From Eledone cirrhosa (lineage: Eukaryota): 64,000 nucleotides of DNA. The position numbers were made by a program, and so were the translations under genes. The notes under the pieces were generated by a model. It worked only from the letters and a program-made list of their open reading frames with translations. It was not told where the DNA came from and did no database searches. This document shows positions 54,948 through 64,000 of the stretch, in pieces; within the stretch, counting starts at the first letter, position 1, and each line of letters opens with the position of its first letter. The stretch spans positions 140,120,001-140,184,000 of the forward strand of contig OZ024741.1 in NCBI GenBank assembly GCA_964016885.1. Direction: 5' to 3'.

Positions 54948-55729
54948 CTGGTTGGTTGGTTGGTTCCACAACCAGATAGTTGTTTATATATAGTCATAGA
55001 CCTTTCGTCACACACTCTGTGACCTCTTCAGTGACTGGGGATTCCTTTCTTTGTTTCTGTGCCTCTCCTTTGTTCTGTCCTACGCCATTTTGTTTCTGTG
55101 TGTGTGTTGTGTGCTCAGTCTGCGCATGCGCCACATCCGGGTGTCTGTGTGTGTCTATGTTCATTTATCTATTTGTTTATTTATTTATTTATTTACATGT
55201 TACTGGTTGGTTGTTTGTTCTATGTGTGTGTGTGTTTTCATTTTGTCCTTAATTGTAAGTTGTGATGTTGCTGTTCCACTCATATTTTCTATTTGATTTT
55301 GGTTGTAATTCTTTTATGTTTATTGCCTCTGTAATTTGTCTATACATGGCATCTTTTCTGTGTGTAGATTCTATTTTTATTTCTATGTTCTCTAATTTAC
55401 CCTTGTGTTCTATCTTAGCATGTTGGTAGAGTACAGATGATTCTTCATTATCTTGAAGGTCTCGCCAGTGTTCATTTATCCGTTCCCCTATACTACGAGC
55501 TGTCTCACCTATGTACACTATATGTTTGTATCTACATTGTCCTTCAGTAAATCTTATGCTATACACTACATTTCTAGTTTTACAGTTAATATGGGGGCTT
55601 ATTTTACAGGTTATACATTTCTTATCTATACATGAGGGTCTTTGAAAAGGGTATGTCTTGCTAATAAGACCACGTATCTCCGTAAAAACACTTATTAGCA
55701 AGACATACCCTTTTCAAAGACCCTCATGT
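54948..55729 (-). mobile_element. 5'-truncated Penelope-like element: GIY-YIG endonuclease (55249-55668), pLTR with HHR, 5' inversion
   Basis: CITC..NCKTRNVVYSI..YIGETARSIGERINEH..SVLYQH..EAINI. 39-bp perfect inverted repeat at 55630-55668/55691-55729. Confidence 0.9.
54992..55036 (-). ncRNA. Minimal type I hammerhead ribozyme of the PLE pLTR
   Basis: AGTCA-CTGAAGA-G-GTCAC-AGAGTGT-GTGAC-GAAA-G-GT-C-TA-TGACT. Confidence 0.78.
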
Positions 55730-55869
55730 CTACTGTGCAGACTTGAATGTGGTGTTTTTGATTAATATTCCCTCAACCAACAATATGCCTTATGAAGTTA
55801 AGAAAACATAACGATAACCCGAATGTTATAACAAAAGAGGATGCTGGGGATAAAAACTGCACTGGTTAT

Positions 55870-56148
55870 TTATTAACAAAGATCGAAAATGTAAACACTG
55901 CAACGCAGAGAAAAACAACGTAAGACGCTCAATGTAAACAGAACAAAGGGAAATAACTCGTCACTTACGCTCAAAAATCGATACATTAGATTAGATTTCG
56001 TCACATAGGGTGGGTCAATTTGAAATATTTTTTTTCCGATGTCTTCGCTAGGGCTCAATGTACAAGTATAGCAATTTAGGTGCAATTCCGTCAGAGATTC
56101 TAAGAGGAGATGTGTGCGAAAAATCGATAGACAGACAGACAACCACAG

Positions 56149-56160
<12 letters not shown>
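55870..56160 (-). mobile_element. Probable 5' end of a non-autonomous Helitron
   Basis: Minus strand (TA)n-AAAGCTGTGGTT-(GTCT)n-ATCG, the TA-rich then GTCT-repeat layout known from invertebrate non-autonomous Helitron 5' ends. Confidence 0.5.
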
Positions 56161-56206
<46 letters not shown>

Positions 56207-56215
56207 ATATGTATA

Positions 56216-56256
<41 letters not shown>

Positions 56257-56288
56257 GTATGTATATATGTATATATATATATATATTA

Positions 56289-56570
56289 TGGTCAGGTCAC
56301 CAGTTGGTGCTACTGGTAACATGTATCCCAGTACAACCTGTCTCATGGTCGGGTCGTTGGCGACTAAACTGGCAACCCCACCAAGGTTTCTTGGTGAGGA
56401 GGGTGACTTTGGACATCCTGCAGGACTAAAAACAAAACCTGTCAAAGGGCAAAGGAGCTCTTAAGAGTCAATGGCCATCCAAAATCACCGGGAGAGATGA
56501 CCCCTTAGCCTTTGTCAAGGCAGAATTCTAGGAGAAGGAAAACTCTGATATAACACCTGCAACTCTGATG
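56289..56570 (+). mobile_element. Probable RTE-type 5' UTR-derived fragment
   Basis: GGCGACTAAACTGGCAACC..GGAGAAGGAAAACTCTGA layout resembles RTE 5' ends as I recall them; not verified. Confidence 0.4.
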
Positions 56571-56937
56571 GTATCCAATGATGTTGACTTGTTCTTCTTT
56601 TTGGTAAATATCATCTTGGTTAAGAGAGTGGGACTGGCTTTGTGCAGTGCCTTTGCTCACTATAAAAGCTTCACGGCACAGGCATTGCTTTATATCTGGA
56701 GAGATCTCTGCACTTGTTGTCACGTGGTACCATGGGCCCAGCACTGTGTGTCAATAATTGTCACAGGTGTAGTGTTTGTACCAGAGTTTTCAAATCGCTG
56801 GCTGGACTAAAAAGTCACACTCGTTCAGCGCATCGGTAGGGGTTCTCCTACATGGATGTAAAGTAGTGGCCGTATTCGAAAACGAGTTGGCAGCCACCAT
56901 ATATATATATATATATATATGTATGTATATATGTATA

Positions 56938-56980
<43 letters not shown>

Positions 56981-56983
56981 GTA

Positions 56984-57059
<76 letters not shown>

Positions 57060-57230
57060 CATATATACATACATATATACACACATATACGTATATATAT
57101 ATATAAACATATATATATATATATACACATATATATATATACACATACACACATACATACATATACATATACATATATACACATACATACATACATATAT
57201 GTATATATATATACACATATATAAACACAT

Positions 57231-57277
<47 letters not shown>

Positions 57278-57344
57278 TAATTACACGTACACACATATAT
57301 GTATACAGACGTATAGTAGTATGTATATATACATACATGCACAC

Positions 57345-57375
<31 letters not shown>

Positions 57376-57385
57376 CATATATATA

Positions 57386-57431
<46 letters not shown>

Positions 57432-57731
57432 TGCCCATATGCAGGTACATACGAACGCACGTACACACAGCTATATGCATACAAACGAACGGCCACTCAT
57501 ACAAATGCATACAAACATGTACTCATAAATATACGCATATACACATCCACATAAAAACACCTACAGGCAGAAAATGCGGATAGGTAAGAGGTACTTACAT
57601 AACCATAATGCCGTGTTTCAGGTTGAGGAGGGGTATGGGTGGGGTGGGAAGGAGGTAGAGGGGCTATTTTGTCAATAGCGTTTTAAAAAAAGGGGGGAAG
57701 TCGTTTTTAGCCAACGGGCATTAACACTGGC

Positions 57732-59814
57732 TTAAGTTGCAAAGTTTTTGAGCATGCAGTTCGGGCCGTGTTCAGTGAGTCTGTTCAGTAGCGGGCCCTT
57801 GGCGAATAATATTTCGTAGCTCTCTGAGATAAAAGGTCGCAGTACTTGTGTCCTCCGTTGTATGAGCGCGTTTCTGGAGTATTTTCCATTTAAGCGTGAA
57901 GGGGGTGTAATTCCTTTTGTGGTCCCAAACATAGGAGGCGAGTGTTGTCTGATTTGATTTGTCCGGTCTTCTGAAGGAGTGGGTATGGGCATACCACCGG
58001 GTCTTAAAGTTATTGGAAGTCATGCCGATGTAAGTCTTTTTGTTGTTGCAATCATCGGTGCCTGAGATGACATCGCATTCGTATACGATATCATTTGTCA
58101 GGCATTTGTTTTCAAGTGGGCAGGCTCCCTTATTTAGGCAATTACACAAGTCCCCAGTCCGGAGATTGGGTTCGGAGGTGGTTGGCTTATTTAAATATTT
58201 GAATTGTGATCGGCTATATTCCTAGCTAGGTTAGGTGTAGTGGAGCAGAAGAGTCTTATTGTGTTCTTATTAAAGATGTTGTAGTACCTATGTTGTATGG
58301 GGAAGTGTGTGTTCAGCAAAGTGAAGATCATCCTAGCTATAGGTATTGAGACCTCTCTGTTGAAGGAATGCTTGTACCAGCTAATCTACCTATGCTTATT
58401 CCTCCTATGCAGTCTTGCGGTGATTTCTAAGTATGTTATCTTTTCTTTTAATCCGTTGCGGGCGAGGGCGTCATTGTAGTAGGAGGTAGAGGCGTGAAAA
58501 GTATCTTCATTGGCAGAGAGGCCAGAGATTCTAATAGAGACGCGTTTTACTAATTTATCAGTGATGTTTTTGGGGTGGTTAGAATTAACATTAATATATA
58601 TAAGGGACTCATTAGGTTTGTGGTTCGGGTAATAGAAGGAAGTAACTAGGTCGAGAGTGACATCTAAAAAGTTGGCCCTAGTCATATTAGATTCTATAGT
58701 TATACTAATCCTCGTTTACGGAAGAACGAGCCTAAGTTTCTCAGAAACCCATCGGCAGTTCTGGGGTTAATCTTGTGAGGGGCGAAGAGGCCGTCGTCTC
58801 GATATAAACCTCCGGTTAGACCAGTAAAGACGTTCTTCAGGTGATGTAAAATGTACTGGCCCACAAGGTTGCTAATTTCAGCCGAGTCACTCGCTCCCAT
58901 GCTGACGTCAAATGGGGTCTGAGACTTCTTGTTGATCCAGTAAGATCCATCGTGGTATAGGAAATTATTACGGGCATGGAGGAAACATCTTGCTCAGCAT
59001 CAGTTATGGTGGTAAAATTCCTGGCCAAGGTAATTGCGTCCTTCAGGAGGGGCTCCGAGATAGAAGCATAGTAGTTTTCTATGTCGAGTTGCAGGAAGCG
59101 AGTGTGGCGTTTGTCGGGTAATTCTTGGAATCAAGATATTGCCTCAGATGTTCTGCTCCAGAGTGGGAGTGGTGAGGCAACCCGCAATGATGGTAGAACT
59201 CTATCTAGGATCTTCTTATTGATAGAGCCGATGTCCCAACGTGTGGTTGATAAGTCTGACTGATGGTTTGTTGAGGAAGTTTCCCTTATGGTCCTTCAGG
59301 GTAAAATGCGGGGTCTTTACCCTTAAAGGTTCGCTTCGGTTCGGTCATGTAATTTAAGGGACTTGGCGATTTCTTTTCCGGTCGCGTTTGTCTCAGTCAA
59401 TGCCATCTCTATTACCTTCTTGTAGGTGGTCGTGATGGCATTTTTTGCCAGCTTATTGTAGGTCTGTGGGTCTGCCTCATAAACGTTTTTGGTTTTATCG
59501 GCGGAGACATGAAGATTAGGTGATTTTTTTATATTCCACAATTCAGTATTTAAGTAGGCCTGGAATGGTGTGGTGGCTCTACGAAATTTGATATATTTGA
59601 TCATCTTGAAGAGGTCTTTTTCAAATGGTTCAAGTAGGCTGTTGGTGGGGGGTGCCTTATTCGTTTTGAAGCCGAACTTTTCATCATTGGTAGATGCTAC
59701 ATCAGGGTTGTTTAGGAAGAAGGCTCTCCATCAAATTCGCTTGATGAACTCGTCGGTACGTCTGATGTGTGTTTTTAGGTAAAGTTTCTTTGCAGGGACG
59801 GGGATGTTCTTCAT
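57732..59814 (-). pseudogene. Penelope-like element (Naiad-type), near full-length RT + GIY-YIG ORF with stops/frameshifts
   Basis: MKNIPVP..FIKRI*WRAFF, ADKTKNVY, MGASDSAEISNLVG, GGLYRDDGL, NFLDVTLDL, YINVNSNHP, CNCLNKGACPLENKC..IVY..YIGMTSNNFKTRW. Confidence 0.92.
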
Positions 59815-59906
59815 CAATATGTACATATATGTGTTGTGTATTTCTGTAGATGTGTTTGTATATGTGTATATTTATATGTGTATATATGTGTATGTGTGTG
59901 TATATG

Positions 59907-59980
<74 letters not shown>

Positions 59981-59983
59981 ATA

Positions 59984-60018
<35 letters not shown>

Positions 60019-60210
60019 GTAGATAAATCTACCAAGAGTTTACGGTAGTGTCCAATCCGTATGAAGAACTCAATGTATTCCGGATATCATGGAAAGAAGA
60101 GATGTAATGAAAATCCACTTTCGGTGAAAGAAAAACGGTATACAGAGTCAAGATAAAATATTAAACAAATAATGAACAAACAATTCCTTATATTAAACAA
60201 AAAAAGTTCA
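60019..60210. repeat. Copy of the 33787-33977 repeat; likely 3' terminus of the PLE extending from the window end
   Basis: Near-identical sequence bordered by (TA)n. Confidence 0.8.
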
Positions 60211-61137
60211 CTATTTAACGATCGTTTCTAGGGTATATATGTGTTATAATTGGTATGCATATTTAACAGATCTATGTACAAAATTATACAAAATTATACA
60301 AATTATCAAGATTAAATATACATACCTAACTCATATATACGCCGTCTTCAGAAATAATGAAGTATATTTATTGATAATAACAACAATTCAAAATATCAGT
60401 TCAAAATTGACCAATGAAAACACAAAGGGTTAAAAGCAGTTTGGTGTGTGTATATACATGTAAAAACCTTACACATATTTTACAATAATGTGTGTATAAT
60501 TTGTATGTGCATACTAAAAAGATGGATGCAAACACAAAATTTCAAGGTTAATATCTCTGTAAGCTTAATGCGCTGATAAGATACGCAATGATACTTATGG
60601 AGTCAAGCATATAAATATATTTTTTTCATACTCACACATATCAGTATAATCACACATACATGTGCGTATATGCATAAATATACACATAACCACGAACATA
60701 CAAACACACACACTCCCCCACTCACATTTATATATGTGGATATAAAATCATAAGCAAATAGAAATTAAGTCACTCACATAAAAACACTGGCACACACATT
60801 TCAAGATCAAGATACAGAAATTAGGTGGGAGGGGGGGGGAGGGGTCAGTATTAGATTGTCAGACCAGACTGCCTAATATAAATGTATCTATAAATTAAGA
60901 AAAATAAAAAAATAAAAAAATAAAAACAATAAAATATAATAAATATAATATAATGTACATACACATACAGATATACATACACATACATACATGTACGCGC
61001 ACATAGAGATATCTACACATACATACATACACACATACCTATACAGTCATACACACACATACATTTACACGAACATACACATACACATATAAAAAGATAT
61101 AAATACACACACACTCACGCGCAACACATACACACAT

Positions 61138-61190
<53 letters not shown>

Positions 61191-61522
61191 TAGACTCATA
61201 TATATATATATACATATACATATATATATATAAAAACATATATATCCACACACTCATACCACCATAAATACACATACAAACACCCACATGTATATATATA
61301 TATATATATATATATCCACATACACACACGTACACATATATATATATATACATATATACACATACATATATATATATACACACACATAAAAAACAGACAT
61401 GCACATATATATATATATATATATATTTCATTACTCTTATATATACACGTAGTATATATACATACACAACCTCACTTATACACATATACACATAAGTTAT
61501 ATTACAATAATAATAAAGAATA

Positions 61523-61585
<63 letters not shown>

Positions 61586-61707
61586 TACATACATACACAT
61601 ACATACATACACATAAATATATACATACATAAATACACTCATACGAAAAGACATATATTCACACATAGACACCTATATACACATATATATATATATATAT
61701 ATATATC

Positions 61708-61757
<50 letters not shown>

Positions 61758-63514
61758 CACACACACACACACACACAGACACACATACACACTCACATAT
61801 ATATATATATATATGTGTATGTGAGTGTGCGCAAATACACATATATATACACACACACATACAAACACACACAAACACATACATATGCATACGTGCACAC
61901 ACACACACATATATCACATAGATACGAAGATAAACATATAAATAGAGAGACATACAAATATATACAGAACCCATATACACATACATACAAACACGCATAT
62001 ACATATACATACATATATACACATATATATATTCCTATATACAAGCATACACATACATACACATATATACATATACATACACATATACATACCACACATT
62101 CACATACACATACATATATAATACATATATATACATATATATACATACATATGTATGTACGATCATATATACACACTCAATCTTACATTCATATTTACAT
62201 GCTCATATATGTATTTTTATATTTAGAAATAAATACCAAAACCTATATAGACACCCACCTACACATATATTCATACATATACGCTTACAAAAACAGATGA
62301 TAATAGTATGGGGGAAAGGGGGGGTTTGGAGAAGGGGATCAAAGTAAATATATGTTTCAAGAAACATATAATATTTTCCGTATCTTAATTCAATGTATGT
62401 TCTTACATATTTTCAGTGCTAGGAAATACGAAATCTATGCATCTCAAAATAAAAAAGTATACCATTAATCATATGTTAACTAAACCAAAGATAGTCAACA
62501 TATTGATTTCCAAGGTGTAAATTAGTTAGGTTTATAATATTTGAAGCAGAATTATGAAGTCAAATAGTAGTAGATTATTAATTACATTATAACTAAATTA
62601 AAGTTAATAACGTTATGGTATCAATATTAGGAGATGAATTTAGTAATAGGGAAAAGAAACCCAAATAAAAATAAAATAAAGTATTACATCGGTAGTAGCA
62701 TATAAATTATATGTTAACTAAATTAAAAATTATATATTTATTTCAATAGTATACGTTAATTAGTATATGTTAATTAGGTATACAATACATAAAGCAGATA
62801 TTGTATTTCATCAATAGCATAATATAATTATATGCAAATAAAAATCAAAATTAATACGCATACATATACATATACATACACATACACATACATATACATA
62901 TACACACATATATATATATATATATACATATATATACACATATATACATATATACTCACATAAATATACATACAGATACACATACAACACACACATATAC
63001 ATATACATATAGATATACATATCTTTTTCAAAAAATTGCACAGAATATATTAACTAGGTATATATCCAAAACACATCCCATTCTATGATTACATGACATT
63101 CTGCAATTCGTCTGTACAAGGATACTAATTTTAAGCAAATTAAAATTAAAGTTTTAGGTTGATTAAAACTAAAACCAAATAATAAATATATTTCCAAAAT
63201 GTATATTAATTAGGTCTATAATACTAAAAATTCTTTCTCCGTCATTGGATACATGATATTATTTTGTTATATTTTATCTGTAAAAGAATTATAATAAAAA
63301 AAAAAATTATAATAAAAGGTTAAAATAAATTAAAATTAATCTATAAATTAAATTACTGAGTATATATTAGTAATATTTAAAGGTTTTTCAAAATTTATGA
63401 TTACATAATATTTTCTCATCTGTAATAAAATATTAATTAAATTAAATTTATAGGTTAACTAACATTTAAATTAAATTAAATTCTAGAATAATGTTATTAA
63501 TTAGGTTTATAATA

Positions 63515-64000
63515 TTAAAATGTTTTTTTTAGTTTATGATTACACGATATAATTAATTCCTGTCTTTTATTTAATAAGATATCCCTAGACTTCATTATTT
63601 CAAATAGTTCTTGGGAACATAATCTACATTCCTTTCTATTATTTTGATAAGGGGTGGCTCTTTTGAGCACACTCCAGGTCAAATCATATTTTATATTTTT
63701 ATTTTTATAACTATTGATTTTTTCTGCTAGAGATGTTGTATTAGCCAGTGCGGCATTTTTAAAGCTATGTTTGTGGGTATTATACCTTGTCTTAAAATTG
63801 TTAGAGGTAGCTCCTATATATGAGCAAATAGAATCTTTAGTTTTAACATTACATTTATAGACTATGTTGTTAACAAGACAATTCCCTTTTAATAGGCAGT
63901 TTGTTTTGTTTCTACAGTTACATCCTTTCGTTAATTCTGTATTTGAGGAGATATTATTGTTAATTTGATGTACTGGTGGTATACTTATGGTTTTCTTACA
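63515..64000 (-). pseudogene. GIY-YIG C-terminus of a third Naiad-type PLE (not in ORF track; continues past the window)
   Basis: GCNCRNKTNCLLKGNCLVNNIVYKC..YIGATSNNFKTRYNTHKHSF, one frameshift, then WSVLKRATPY..CRLCSQE..LLNKRQELIISCNHK. Confidence 0.9.

Noticed and set aside
56289-56380. HDV-like ribozyme in an RTE-type 5' region
   Set aside because: P1/P2/P4-like pairings are visible, but the P3/L3 segment is too long for the canonical fold.
56580-56898. Possible LINE thumb fragment (LVFEYG) on the minus strand
   Set aside because: Single short motif; too degenerate to call.
57732-59814. In-frame TGA as selenocysteine in a Naiad-type PLE
   Set aside because: The TGA I traced (FIKRI*W) sits at a usual Arg position, consistent with CGA>TGA decay, and the GIY-YIG-region Cys codons I read are normal. 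No SECIS search was possible.

Overview
AT-rich, repeat-dominated eukaryotic (animal) DNA with one 200-N assembly gap (43768-43967). The SINE types and dense (TA)n/(CA)n tracts suggest a cephalopod, probably octopus (inference). No complete host gene is visible; the only host-like coding piece is an RRM-like exon/ORF at about 8.3-9.0 kb, with a promoter-like motif cluster at about 4.7-4.8 kb. The rest is mobile DNA: Helitrons, about 20 tRNA-derived SINEs, LINE fragments (RTE, CR1-like, Tx1-like, CRE-like, Vingi-like), Tc1/mariner-type MITEs and at least five Penelope-like elements (PLEs) with RT and/or GIY-YIG domains. The most notable signal is a set of short non-coding elements embedded in (TA)n tracts, mostly as inverted duplications, that carry type I hammerhead ribozyme (HHR) motifs. 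One is a 314-315-nt head-to-tail monomer with a covarying, Schistosoma-like extended HHR (retrozyme-like; 43341-45427). The many YI/IY-repeat ORFs are microsatellite artefacts. All calls are by eye; no searches or folding were run.
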